DNA of 64,000 bases. Source: Octopus vulgaris (lineage: Eukaryota). The stretch's first letter is position 1, and each line of letters starts with the position of its first letter. Below, piece by piece: positions 12,298 to 25,468 of the stretch. Position numbers and translations under genes: made by a program. The DNA lies in the NCBI GenBank assembly GCA_951406725.2, contig OX597814.1, positions 178,188,001-178,252,000 on the forward strand, in the 5' to 3' direction. The notes under the pieces are model-generated. The model did not search any database. It was not told where the DNA came from and was given only the letters and a program-made list of their open reading frames with translations.

Positions 12298-12975
12298 GTG
12301 TATTTGTAGTTATAGTAAATAATAGAAAGTAATAGTAATAGTACCTATTGTGTTTAACTCTTTTCAGACCTGATCGTATGTTGGAGGTCGATTTGAATGT
12401 TACTTCTACGAAATAGAAGCAGTATACTGGAATTTTGATTCGTTGTTTATACGTGTATAATGCAGAACTACAATATCCAGACTGTTCTTCGTTTCATTTA
12501 TCCACCATCTGATAAGAAAAAAAGAAACGAGGCTGCCGTTTGTTGCATGTAAATCGGGCAGAGATGTTTATTTCGTCATCTCACAATTTTAAACTGTTGG
12601 AGGAATCACAAAAAAAGTTTCAATATGTGTATTAGAGCTATCGCAAGTGCATAAAATTCTGTGAAAAAATTGAAGTAGAAAAAAATCAAAGAAGCCAAAC
12701 GATTCAATAAATGAAGTCCATCAGCGTGTGGCAGGGAGCATACAGAAAAGAAATAAAACCTCTGCAGACACGCATCCTACTATAAATAATTACTGAATAT
12801 CCCTCATGAGAGGAAAATGTATCAGATAATTCTGTCCTTCGGATGTATTTGTTCAGATATCTACTCCATTGGATTTGACTTGGTTTAAATAAGAAGATGA
12901 GAGAGAAAAGAGAAGGAAAAGAAGATGACAAACGGAGGAGCTAAAGTAGCTCTGATACAGTTTATTATTTCTTCT

Positions 12976-13392
12976 CATTTCCTTATTGCCCACAAGGGGC
13001 CAGACATAGTGGGGACAAACAAGGACAGACAAAGGATTAAGTCGATTATATCGACCCCAGTGCGTAACTGGTACTTAATTTATCGACCTCGAAATGATGA
13101 AAGGCAAAGTCGACCTCGGCGAAATTTGAACTCAGAACGCAGCGGCGGACAAAATACCTATTTCTTTACTACCCACAGGGGCTAAACACAGAGAGGTCAA
13201 ACAAGGACAGACAAACGGATTAAGACGATTATATCGACCCCAGTGCGTAACTGGTACTTATTTAATCGACCCCGATAGGATGAAAGACAAAGTCGACCTC
13301 GGCGGAATTTGAACTCAGAACGTAGCGGCAGACGAAATAGCGCAAATCATTTCACCCGGCGTGCTAACGTTTTTGCCAGCTCGCCGCCTTAC
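12976..13392 (-). mobile_element. Nin-like SINE tandem dimer
   Basis: Two units joined at the gaaatag|gtattt junction (about 13158); imperfect TSD ttattatttc.tct.attt. Confidence 0.92.
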
Positions 13393-14671
13393 AAGTTATT
13401 ATTTCGTCTAATTTTTTGTAGGCTGTATCAGTTGGAGGATATTCCTATATGTAGTACTGTGGTATCTCATTCACTGAGTCAGAGAGAAAGACATAGTGCA
13501 GCAACACTAAACAAAATATCAAACTCTGCCAACCCTACAGCAAGAAATATGGATATATATCGAGCTGCCTAAAAAATAACACGATTTATGAATGAACTTC
13601 ATGAATGACTAAATACAGGTTTCGTGTTGGCTAAATGAGTGAACGCAGAATTCCTGCATTAGTAATTAAAGTGAAGAAAAATAAATTCAAAGGGGAATTG
13701 AAACCGCGTCGAATAGTTTCTTGTTCTATAGTGCTCGTTACATCAAAATATATCTTGGAATAACCTAAGAAGATTATGGTATCTAATCAACACATGTCTA
13801 AAACGTTATTCAAAGGAAACTGATTCCCTGCGTTTCTCAGTCATAACTACAGTTAATGATACAACATTCTTTCATATGTAAAGAAAGAATATTTCTCTCG
13901 CTGCTTAGTAGAATAAAATGCGCGTAATGCGCCTTTCTAACGTACGCGAATGAAATTAATGGCATTATTAACCCGTTATTCTATATACAAGAGATTCTAA
14001 AGATCATGGATCGATGTATATCAATATAAAGCTAAATTAGTTGGAGACGAAATATCTGAACAAAATCCCTAAACAGATCCCATGCGGCGTCTTAAACCGA
14101 GTAGATAGTCTATAATTTAGATAATTATTATAACGTTAAACGATTTCAAAATCTGATATTTTTCTCTTTTGTATGAATTCTTCTGCATTCTAGAATGTTA
14201 TTTCAGAAATATATATTTTTTCTTTCTGTATGGCATATCTTTTACTGAACATGTATGAAAGGATTTTTCTTGGTAAATTTCTTCTTTTTTGTTTCTTTTT
14301 TATTAAATTCAAAAAGTCAAAGCATAAAAGAAATTTATCAAGAAAACATGGAGACCTTCTTCTTTAATCTTCATCGTTGAAAGCATAATAATTCAGATAA
14401 GAAGAAAAAAAAACTGATAATGATGATAATGACATCAACAACAACATAAATAATAACTTATCTATTGGCCACAAGGGCCTACGAAATGGGAAAATGTAAG
14501 AACGGGATGAAAGAACATGGGATTTTCATGAAGTATAACAGAAAATATTAAGGAAAGTAATAATAATAGTCCAGAAAATGGGGTTGTCATTTAGGATCTA
14601 TCAAAGACGTCCGGAGATCTGGGATTGCCCAGGATTTCTAAGGACTAGCGCCCTAATCTAGCAGTCATTTT

Positions 14672-14895
14672 CGGATCTTTCTGTGCCGTATAAATATGTC
14701 CCTCGCTTAAGAAAAAGATTGTGTTTATTTACATTTCTGAAGAAAAAATATACCCTTCCCCCCACTCCTAACACTAACTAACCCTAACCCTAAAACAGAT
14801 TGAAATGCAATAAATCGCTACTAGGGTCATAATTATGGAAGACAATTTCATATGACACCGCTAGAAAAAACTGCTGGTCAAACCGAAAAGATGTC
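14672..14895. mobile_element. Non-autonomous repeat with gatcttt/aaagat ends and an internal taaccc tract
   Basis: Ends cggatctttc... / ...caaaccgaaaagatg; contains ctaaccctaacccta. A related gggttaggg tract lies at 6620-6710. Confidence 0.4.
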
Positions 14896-15179
14896 ATTTT
14901 CTACCCTACAGGGCGCGAATATGTTTATTCACTCAGGTCATTCACGCCAATTTCACCTAGCTTTCAGCAAAGTTACTGGAAGGCAGCACTTTGTTTCCCA
15001 CAATTACCTGTTTTCCCAAGTTGAAACAAACTGTCTATTACATATTAACCAAAAACAAAATTGTTTCTCTTCCATCATTTTAGTCGATTCCGCCACAGTC
15101 CTTTCGCCTTACTCACAGGAAGAAAGATGGATGTGACAAATAACCGAATCGTCAAACATGCGACAACGTGAACTGTTAG

Positions 15180-17190
15180 CAATACTACAACACTGAACGA
15201 ATGCATGTAGGAAGATATCCTCGATCTACATGCATCACGTTTTGCTCACGGTACTTCTTGAATATCTGTTAAATAGCCATCGAGCGTGAATAAATCTTAG
15301 ATCTACTTTCAGACTTGAGATTTCTCGAAGTTATCCATAGTCCAGAAGAGAAGTCCTCAGGGGCAACGAATATATCGTAGCTCTTCCAAAATTCTATCAC
15401 AGTCTTGCTACACTCTTGTAGCATGCTAAATTGGAAGTCCATTGCGTGAAGCTAGAATGATATAATCACATTCAAGATGCCATTTAACTCACGCTTGACT
15501 GAATGTCCCCCCAGAGATATGTGCTGTAAGAAAAATGGGGTATCACAACTCCTCACAACGTATGATCACAACTCCTTATCGTTCAAATCTCCGTTTATAC
15601 TGTCTCTGCAGCTCTCATTATTCATCGTTAGCTTCGGCACATCAAGCCTATCATGTAGTGGATGTTATTAACCGATGGAATATCTGGTCAATGGATCACT
15701 CACCCCACCCTTGCAGAAAAGTGAAAGAGTTGACTTTTTTGATTTGGTTAAACATAATCTGGGATATGCTGCGAGGATCAAACATTAAGCAAAAAACGGA
15801 GACGATGAAAACATCGGTAAATATTCCCTGAGTAAGCTAGTCATGCTGCTTGCAAGCTGGACACTTTTTTTCAACCTGGCCTTCCGAGCCAAACCAGAGC
15901 TTAAGTAGCTTACCCAGTCTGTCATTCCACTATGCATTGCTGCAGCATGGATATGGCTCTGCAGATGCCGAGCTGTGGTACGCTGATTTTATGATTTACC
16001 TTTGCTCCTTTATCGTATTCCCTTAGAATGACATCACTTAGTCCGACCTCTGTACTGTCCGACATCAGCAGAACAATGTCGTCCGCGTAACACGGCAAGG
16101 CCCTCTCATAGGATGATTTCTAAGAGTTTCAGGTTCCGTAGCAGTGACTAGATAGTTAGAAGATACAGCAAAGATAAGAAAGAATATATTTAACAAACCG
16201 AACTTATGATTCAAATCAGTTTTGAACACTTTTTAACTTTCCGTGTTGAAAAAAGTCGCCTCTAGCTCTCAGTAAGCTGACCTTACAGACTGCAGATTTG
16301 TGGTTTGTTTAGCGTATCAGCGAAAATCATTGACATCTACTGTCTGTGTTCTGTTGGCCGAACAAATATTTTATTTAATTATTTAGGTACGTTACTGTTG
16401 ATATAATGGGATTCATTAATGTTGACATTTGTGTCTCCCGGGAATTCCATTCTTCCCTGCTATGAATTTAAAACTGTCTGAATCAGTATGCAATGCATTC
16501 ACAAGTATTCCATAATAAAGAATACCATATAAAGCACCAGAAACGATCCTACACACCGGCAGTAATCCCACCTACGAGCGGCAAGCTGGCAGAAACGATA
16601 GCACGCCGGGCGAAATGCTTATCAGTATTTCGCCTGCCGCTAAGTTCTGAGTTCAAATTCCACCGAGGTTGCCTTTGCCTTTCATCCTTTCAGGGTCGAT
16701 TAAATAAGTACCAGTTACGCACTGGAGTCGATATAATCGACTTAATCCATTTGTCTGTCCTTGTTTGTCGCCTCTGTCTGTAATCCCTTGTGGGCAGTAA
16801 AGAAATAAATAATCCCATCGACCTTACTCTGTTTGGGCATAATCGGCCGCAGGTTTTGAGGTAATCTTCTAGCCAATTATGCTTCAAGATGCTCATTGAC
16901 ATATCATTTGGCTCCAGGATCAGTGATCATACTCTGGGTTACAAACCTTTCCGTAAGGAACCGCTACCCTGCTGTCTGATATTAACCGATCAAAAGACAT
17001 GAAAAGACTTTGTTGTACGATCCTGTTCTCAGGTAGGAGATGAGCGTAAATGCGTCCTGGAAATTGTGGTCTCGATGATGTCTACAAGATCTATAATTAG
17101 CGGTATTCATTCTTGAAGCAAGTGACCCTGTTTCGAATCTGGATCAAAATTCACGAGCATTTATACAATTTACTCTAATTGTAATCAAGG
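15180..17190 (-). mobile_element. Decayed L1/Tx1-clade LINE ORF2 (endonuclease plus RT C-half), internally deleted and interrupted by a SINE
   Basis: Minus-strand translations: VNCINARE..IDLVDIIET (APE start, about 17180-17070), an HK.AVCK remnant (about 16290), CYADDIVLLMSD...EYDKGAKVNHKISVPQLGICR (16095-15960), LWFGSEGQVEK and HPLHDRLDVP. Confidence 0.8.
16575..16808 (+). mobile_element. Nin-like SINE monomer inside the L1/Tx1 remnant
   Basis: Family consensus; short TSD taatccca. Confidence 0.9.
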
Positions 17191-17414
17191 TGATCGTAAA
17201 AGTAACTGCGTTAATCATGAATTAGAAGAGTAATCCGGTCTTCTAGTCAGCAAATACTTCCTTGCAAACCCCCTCCAAAACTGTTTAGCTCCGCTAGTTT
17301 GCAGAAGTTTCTAAAGACACGTAGAAATTTATCCATTAGTTACTCATTAAAATATAACGAAAATTTACAATTTGTCTTTCCGTTGATGTTTTGGGGAAGA
17401 TTTCACGAACGCAT

Positions 17415-17545
17415 AGTTTCAAATTTTGCCACAAGGGCAGCCATTTTGAGGGAGGGGATAAGTCGATTATATCGGTTCCCAATGTTTCACTGGTACTTAA
17501 TTCATCGACCCAGTAAAGATGGAGGCAAAGTCTACCACGGTATCA
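17415..17545 (-). mobile_element. Older Nin-like SINE 3' fragment (short-tail subfamily)
   Basis: Reverse complement ends cgacttatcccctccctcaaaatggctgcccttgtggcaaaatttgaaac. Confidence 0.7.
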
Positions 17546-17559
17546 CAGCTGCCAAACTG

Positions 17560-18880
17560 GAAAGTGGCAGTACCAGACGGAATTAAATGCTACTGGCTCA
17601 AGTGTGTTAGGTTAACACACAAGAAAACTGCGTTGCAATTACACAATTGCCTAGAAAGCGGTGCAGTTTCGGAGTGAACGTTAGATGGAAAGAGAACAAT
17701 TTTAATGAAAGATCTGTCAAAGGGCAGTGATGTTGCCTATTAGCGACCTAATGCTTATCTTAAAATTTCTATGGAAAGTATTAACAGATATCCTCGCAGG
17801 GAATATATATACGTTGCCTGCAGAAAACAAGCTACTGCCAGTAGAGCGAAAGGGATGCCGAAAATAATTCAAGGGCACCAAGGACCACCTTGTGATAGAC
17901 AGCATTATAATGAGGAAGTGTGAAGGGTACCAAAAAACCTTATGCATGGCTAGGTTAGACTTCAAACAGTCTTATGAAATGTGACTGCATTCGTGGATTT
18001 TGAAAACACTCCACATGTGCACTGATTAAGAACAGCATGCTTAGTTGGAAAACACGTCTCTCCTGTAACAACTATCAATTAGCCGAGGTAACAATCAAAA
18101 ATGGTATCTTCCAAGGAGACTCTTCTTCACCTTTGTTATTTGTTATAGCCTTGATCCCACTTCCTGTAGTCCTACGCAAAGTCCACGTGCACTATGATCT
18201 GAGAAAGACTGTACCTTGCATTGTCAGGCAAAACCAAGAAAAATAGTTCTAATTATTCTAATTGATATGTCAGTCCGAACAAGTGACAACTCATCTCGAA
18301 AAGAAAAAGAGAAACTTTCAAAATATAAAGATCAGGAAACTGAGATAACCCAAATGTGGAACTTGAAAGCAAGAAATGATCCCTATAATAATCGGTATAT
18401 TGGGCAAGGTATGTAAGGCGGCGAGCTGGCAGAAACGTTAGCACGCCGGGCAAAATGCATAGCCGTATTTCGTCTACCGTTACGTTCTGGGTTCAAATTC
18501 CGCCGAGGTCGACTTTACCTTTCATCCTTTCGGGGTCGATAAATTAAGTACCAGTTACGCATTGGGATCGGTATAATCTACTTAATCCGTTTGTCTGTCC
18601 TTGTTTGTCCTCTCTGTGTTTAGCCCCTTGTGGTTAGTAAAGAAATAGGTATATTGAGCAAGGTTAAAAAACGTACAGACAAATGCGTATCCAAAACACC
18701 AGGCCTTACGAATATATTTAATAAAGAGAAAATAGAATTACTAGACACTGCATAAATGCCGCGTAAAACACTCTTAATGCAGTAAAAATAATAACAGCAC
18801 AATAAACCACAGTACATACGAAAGGCACAGAAAGCTGGGCTTGGTAGTGCAGTGAAAACACGAAGACTGCTAAATAATAT
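17560..18880 (+). mobile_element. Decayed R4/Dong-type (RLE) LINE, internally deleted and interrupted by a SINE
   Basis: LLPVERKGCRK.FKGTKDHLVID..LDFKQSYEM.LHSWI and GIFQGDSSSPLLFVIALIPL, then a jump to the RLE region LIDMSV..KEKEKLSKYKD..ITQMW, and after the SINE TPGLTNI..LLDTA..RKTL. Confidence 0.88.
18415..18648 (+). mobile_element. Nin-like SINE monomer with 17-bp TSD
   Basis: TSD ggtatattg(g/a)gcaaggt at 18394-18410 and 18648-18664. Confidence 0.93.
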
Positions 18881-18990
18881 CATTAAAATAAGTGGTGAGA
18901 TGAGGTTTTTACACTAAGAAAATAGACAAAATACTATTCATGTTAAAATAATTTGGTAAAGTGTACTCCCTTTCTCTCTCCCCTCCGTTT

Positions 18991-19037
<47 letters not shown>

Positions 19038-19038
<1 letters not shown>

Positions 19039-19418
19039 GAGCAAAACGATCCCGTTCAATGGACGATGCTGAGTTATCAAACATTTAAGCCAAATTTTCT
19101 TAAAACAACTTGTCGGACCGTCCCATAGGTTTCCCCTTTGAGAAAAACTGATTCAACCTAAATTTGAGACACCAGCGAAAGAAGAAATAAAGATAGACTT
19201 TTTTTTCTATTCCAAGAAAGACAATTTTACAAATGCACGTTCCCACGGCCTTATCGATCGCATTCTAACTTGGAATCGATGTTTGTAATTTTTTAAAGAC
19301 TTATACACGCCCTGATACCGTCGGTATCTACATATCAAATTTGAGCGCAATCGGATGGAAGATGCCCGAGATCCTAGAAGACACACTCACACAGACAAGA
19401 CGGATTTTATATAATAGA
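19038..19418 (-). mobile_element. Non-autonomous Helitron
   Basis: Minus strand starts a|TCTATTATATAAAATCCGTCTTGTCTGTGTG and ends in a degenerate CTAG (ctcg|t) at a TA repeat. Confidence 0.6.
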
Positions 19419-19482
19419 TATATACATATATATATTACGTCATATGTAAACAAACTTGGTTTTGAAGCGCGTATATGTATTG

Positions 19483-19682
19483 TAGTACAAGTAGAAAGAT
19501 ACAATTCTCAACGCGTAAATACTGATAGAACAGTATATATAGGATAATATCCCTTACAGAGAAAAACATTCTGTCTGTCATGACTGGTTGCTGGCAATAT
19601 TTTCTGTTCTGTAAGGATATTATCTCATACATACTGTTCTATCAATATTTAAGCGTTGAAAAATATTTTTCTACTTGTACTA
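19483..19682. repeat. Fold-back inverted repeat (MITE-like), arms about 88 bp
   Basis: tagtacaagtagaaaga...ataatatcccttacaga pairs with tctgtaaggatattat...tttttctacttgtacta, with scattered mismatches. Confidence 0.8.
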
Positions 19683-22616
19683 TATATATATATATACACG
19701 TATATTCTACGATGCAAATAAGTTGAAATTTACCTACTGTTTCTGCTGTTCTAACGGCAATTCTGCGTTCGAAATTTTCCCTCTTATTTGTGTAGTACAA
19801 TGCGCATTTCGAAGCTTATAAAAACAACTGTTAGATTGTTTATATTTATATACATGTAGTTGTTCTATTAAATATTCAGCGTCTAAAATTACGAATGAAT
19901 TTTTTAGCGGGCAGTGTAGCCTAATGGTAAAGCAAGGATGTGGTTTCGAGTCGCATGGCTGTTTGTTAATAATATTTTCCGCTTTTTAAGGGTACTTTGT
20001 ACGCTATGTCTGCTCTTCTAACGGCAATTCTGTGTTCGAAAAATGTCACGTTACTTGCATTATACCATAGGCATTTCGACTCACAAAAAAGAAGTGTTAG
20101 TTTGTTTATATGCATATACACGTCCTTAGATATATATATATATATATATAGACATGCACATATGGTTGTATGCAAATACATACATACATACTGTTGTTCA
20201 GAGTTTCAAGTTACGAATATATACTGCGCTATCAGCTGCATGTCTGTATTCCTTGGCAGTGTGGCATTGAATTTCTTTACTACATTAGTTTTCCTTTGTT
20301 GAGAGATTTATTTTATTGTTTCTGGTGTAATGTTAGTGCTTTGCTTTGCCTATTGCTGAGAACTTGTCATATGAAATTCGCTTATGTTTTGTTTCAGATT
20401 TCTGTTTTGTATATAATCTGCGATTAGCGTTATATGTTTTAGTGTCGAAGAGAATTTCTGTAGTATATATACTATCTATGTTGTTTTAGATTACTGGGCG
20501 TTTCTGATGTATATCGTGACTTGTGGGGCGTGTTATAAATTATGACATCTATAGGTTATGTAAGTATATATGTTGTTATATATTATCAGGTGTAGATCTG
20601 TATATTATATATTGCAATATATTTTTAATGGGGTTCTTTAGACTATATGCTTCTGTGAAATGAGCCATTTTAGGAAGCAGTGACTATCAATTGTTTAGGG
20701 CATATGTTATACAGATAAAGGATTATATGGGTTGTGCTATTAAAATGGGAAAATTTTGCAAAAAGATCCTTTGTGTTTTTCTGATTAAATCTTTCTTCTT
20801 CAGTGTATTTCGTTTCCTATGTATATCTTAGATTGTTTTTCCTTATATAGAGACAAAAAAGTTTTTGTTTCGTTTTATACATTTTTCCGTATTATATTAG
20901 TCAGTTTTCCTATGCTTACCTTCAACTATTTTCTTGTTTCAAAGTTTTTACATTCGAACTGCTTCCTATTTGCACACGTTCCTGTTGTGTGGACGCCCCC
21001 CAGACGATGAAGTAGGCTAGCCCAATACGTAGATATCGTGGGAGAAGTCTAGACGTCAAGAAAGACTAGAGTAGCAGAGTAGCGGTGAGAGTTGAGTAGA
21101 AGGTATCCGAACGTGCAACATAACAGTTTTCGACTACCTTCTTTAAGGAGATGTATGTTCTATCTATACTAATTTTGTGGAGATAGTTCCAAATACTGAA
21201 CAATTTTCTCAAATTCATTTGATAAACTGTTGCAAGCAAAATATCTGGCTGATTGCCACGCATCATTTAGTTAATAAGCATGCATTCACATATATTTGCG
21301 TGTATGTGTTATATACATCGTATATAACACAAATATTAGTGGATTCGTCTGCATAAAAGAAGGAAGAGTAAGAAAGTATATAGTCATTGAATCTGTTGAT
21401 TCTCAAATCCAAACTTCTTCCAAACTCACATCCAGTATTTTATACTCCGGTCTTGCAGGATATGAGATTCGATCCACTGATTCAGGCCACTCTTGTTCAT
21501 CGTAATCAAAATGTTATAAAGCTGATTAGAAGTGTAACTGAGATTTATGGTTATTTCATATATTTTCTATTGAAACTGATTTCGACCTGAATAATCTGTT
21601 AAAATTTCTGTTAGAAAAAAAAGGAGACTTGCTCACTTTTGTTTTGTATAATTAAAGTCAGAAGAATAACATTGTTTCCATAACGATTTCAAAGCCCTTC
21701 AAGCCTGGAGGATAGTGATAGCAAAGATTCAGGTTAAAAATGTTCAAGGTCATTCTTTAACAGAAAAAAATATTCTCGAGAAAGGAGCGGTGGAAATATA
21801 ATGCTGGCAGTGAAATGTTATGCAATGCACGCTGATCGGAGACAGGAGAGAGAAGAGTAAAAGATGGGTGAAACAAAGAGGTTTAGGAAGAGCGCATATA
21901 CATCAACTTACGCGGATCGATATAAACAGCTTTTAGAAGATGGAAACCATCGGTAGATATTGGTAAAATAGTCAAAGATTAAACAGTTCGGGATTAAAGT
22001 TTGTTTTTCTATTTTCGATCAGATGGAAGGCCTGTTTTTTTTTTCCTGTTTTGTGTTGTCCTCAACGCATGGTAAAGAAGACTGTTCTATATGTGTGAGT
22101 AATGCTGTAGAGTGATCTGTGATTTGTTTAAAGTCATCTTACTTTCGAGTTAATTATTTCTTTTATTTCATGTCCCAGAGCTATATTTTCTTAAAAATTC
22201 CGATAGCTCATTTGTCCGAAGTATTTAACAGATGGTCTTACAGATAAAAGAAAATCCAGTAAACACACAAAAGAAAAAAAAATATCGAAATTTATATGTA
22301 ATGAAAACGCGGTTCTCGATTATCTGTCGTTCATATTGAAGATTAAAATCTCAGTTTGAGTAGAAATGAGACGAAGAGAATAGTAAAAAAATATAAAAGA
22401 ACAATTATCGATCATTCGTTTACAAACACTGTTTTCAAAGCGGCTACCGATTTATTATGTAATGGCTTTCAGTTTTCCTTGAGCTGAGTACAAAGCTATT
22501 TGTTTTTTGTTTTTAGTTTAGTTCTTTGATTAAATTTTAGACTTCCTCTAACGCATCAGTCTATCTGTTAATCGATCGATTATTTTCTCTCTCTGTCTTT
22601 CCCTATCGCTTTCTCT

Positions 22617-22659
22617 ACATGTTTATGTTTATATGTATATGAATATGTATGTATGTATG

Positions 22660-22705
<46 letters not shown>

Positions 22706-22847
22706 CAAATGCATGCATATGTATATACAAACATGCAAAACATATAAATGGATATTTAATTAATATATGTATGTGAAATATATAGACATATATCATATAT
22801 ACATGTTTATGTTTATATGTATATGAATATGTATGTATGTATGTATG

Positions 22848-22905
<58 letters not shown>

Positions 22906-22998
22906 CAAATGCATGCATATGTATATACAAACATGCAAAACATATAAATGGATATTTAATTAATATATGTATGTGAAATATATAGACATATATCATAT
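22617..22998. repeat. Recent tandem duplication of an approximately 190-bp microsatellite-rich unit
   Basis: Two copies with identical unique parts (caaatgcatgcatatg...gacatatatcatat) that differ in (TA)n/(TATG)n length. Confidence 0.9.
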
Positions 22999-23414
22999 GT
23001 ATGTATGCGTGTGCTTATATATATATGTGTGTGTGTGTGTGTGCACGTTGGTATGTTTAGACGCATATATGCATATATGTATCTCTATGTAGATATGTAT
23101 ATACACATAAAGGCCCACACATGCGCGCGCACACATTACGCTCCTATCTGGAGGACATGTCATCACCTGTCATCTATATCCTACCATACGCATCTTACAC
23201 ATTTATCAATTTGTAAACCTGGTCAACATTCTTTGAAACCATTCATGCATGTGCTTATCGTGATTCTTTTACTCATCTGTCATCCTACATCTAATATAAA
23301 GTTAAATGAAAAGAATATATATATCAGGATAAGTAGTGTTATTATCAAAAGCGTGCTTTGTAAATTGGCTTATTCATATTTAATTACTTGTTGTTGACTA
23401 TATTTCATCTCCCG

Positions 23415-24265
23415 TTATTCTTCATCCATCCGTATGTTCAACGTCCAACGTCTCTGTTCTCTATTCTTGGAAAACTCGTTGGGGTAGAGTCCTAAGGCAT
23501 TTCTTACACAGGGTCCGATAAGTAGCAACCGTCATTACGATTTCCAACTGAATTCCCAAGAACGATCATTCGAGATTATGGATGTTACCCATCATATCCT
23601 TGGTGACCCTCTAGTTGGCTTGGCTTGAAGAATCCGTTTTGTGACTTTTTCGAACGACATTACATTCACCTGTCCGCAGTACCAGAACTTTGACATCTCA
23701 ATGCGAAGTGGCGGTTCAGCCTGTGGAGACTCGAAGATGTACGACCTAAGTACCTAGTCGAGTAATCCAGAGATGTTTCGTGGAACTCTAGTTTGGCCAA
23801 TTGTATTCCCCATTGTACTCTTTCAGTCATTGCTCAATATTCATGATTATAGGTAAGAATAGACATGGAAATCAAACTGAAGATAGAAAGTTCGGATCTT
23901 TTGCCAACGTCTTCTTCTGAAGATCGAATGTTGAAGCTAATGCATTATTTTGCAAGTACCTGCAATTCTAGCATACCAGCTTCTCTTTTCAGTCAGCCGT
24001 GAATACGACTCCGAGATACTTAAACTTCTCTACTTGCCTCGCACCGGGAAGATTTCCTTGAGAGGACCAATGTTTCAGTTTCCACAACACTAATTCTCAT
24101 TCCTGCTTTACGTCATTTGATAGCGAACTAATTCAGTGCATGCTGGAGGTCATTTCCCGATGAACCAAGCAACATCATGCCGTTTGTTAAATGACAGCTG
24201 TCCGACCCTAAATGCACAGACTGTGATTACACTTCCACAACAGCTACTATGTCTATGTTCATAAA
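23415..24265 (-). mobile_element. Decayed RTE-clade LINE 3' fragment
   Basis: DLQHALN.F...AGMRISVVETETLVLSR; RQVEKFKYLGVVFT; ILTYNHEY.AMTERV; LRIEMSKFWYCGQV; RILQAKPTRGSPR. Confidence 0.85.
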
Positions 24266-25137
24266 TTTACCATTTGTAGCTACTCCGGTTTCTTTTCAGA
24301 AATAGTTTATCCTTAATATCTTTCTATTTGTACTACAATACATTTCTGCGCTTCAAAATCAAGTTTGTTTACATATTACGTAATATATATATATGTATAT
24401 ATCTATTATATAAAATAGTTTAATTTTAAGACGATGTGACTTAAAATAAGTGAGATTTCGTTGTTATTTCTAGCAAAGTGTTCGAGCCTGTTAAATGCGT
24501 TTTCGTCTGAATGTTTGTTGTTTTTGTGGGTTTATTGCTTTTAATGATTTACCAAAGGATTTTAGTTCCCGAATATTGTTCGAGAGAAGAGCTTATTGAA
24601 GTAGTTTATTTGATATTATTCATATAATAATGCCATCATTTTGGACAAATGAATTACACCTCACGCACGAGCAAACATTATAACAAACGCTGTATTAATT
24701 ATGAATCAGGTGAGTGAGATTAATTATATAAAGCAATATATACGCATATATATGTATATAAACGTTCATATCAGTGTGTGTATATATGCTCACTCTCCCC
24801 TCTCTCTCTGTCCATATACATATATCTACGCGTAAACATTTAAACTGTTCCTCAGTCTTATATTGTTTCTCATTATACTAAATGTGAATTATTCATCACA
24901 GACCGACATTTGGGAAGTAGATCCAAATAAAGGCATTTATCATCAGTTAAATAACGATATACGACGGGTAGTAAAACGTATGCTATAGCTTCGTTCGGTT
25001 ATATCAGAGTATTTTCAACAGCAAAATTATGACCAAAATTGTATGTATGTATGAGACCGAAGGGGGTATCAGCATATATATATATATATATGTATATATG
25101 TGTATATATATATATATATATACATACATACATATAT

Positions 25138-25468
25138 GCTGAGACTCCCTTTGGTCATGACTGACCGTGGATTGCACCTAGAAAGTTACCCTCCCAGGCA
25201 CAAGTCCGGGCAAGGTTGTTTATGGAAGACCAGCAGTCGCCCGTGCATACAGGCCTCCCCTCTCCACGCCACCAGTATTACCCATGGGAAAGACAAGGGC
25301 CGATACAGCTTGGCACTTGTGACGTCGCAACTCATTTCTACAGGTGCGTGAAATGGAGTAAGGAGAAATAAAGTGTCTTGCTCAAGAACACAACACGCAG
25401 CCCGGTCCTAGATTCGAACTCACAACCTCACGATCGTAAGCTCGACGGTCTAACAACTGAGCCATGCA
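25138..25468 (-). mobile_element. tRNA-derived CORE-type SINE (second family)
   Basis: Head gcatggctcagttgttaga...gagttcgaatct; CORE-like gtgttcttgagcaagacactttatttc; a related copy is at 54210-54500. Confidence 0.85.

Noticed and set aside
20560-21045. Possible decayed GIY-YIG remnant and hammerhead (gacgatgaag...aatacgta)
   Set aside because: Motifs are too degenerate: there is no GAAA and no convincing stems.
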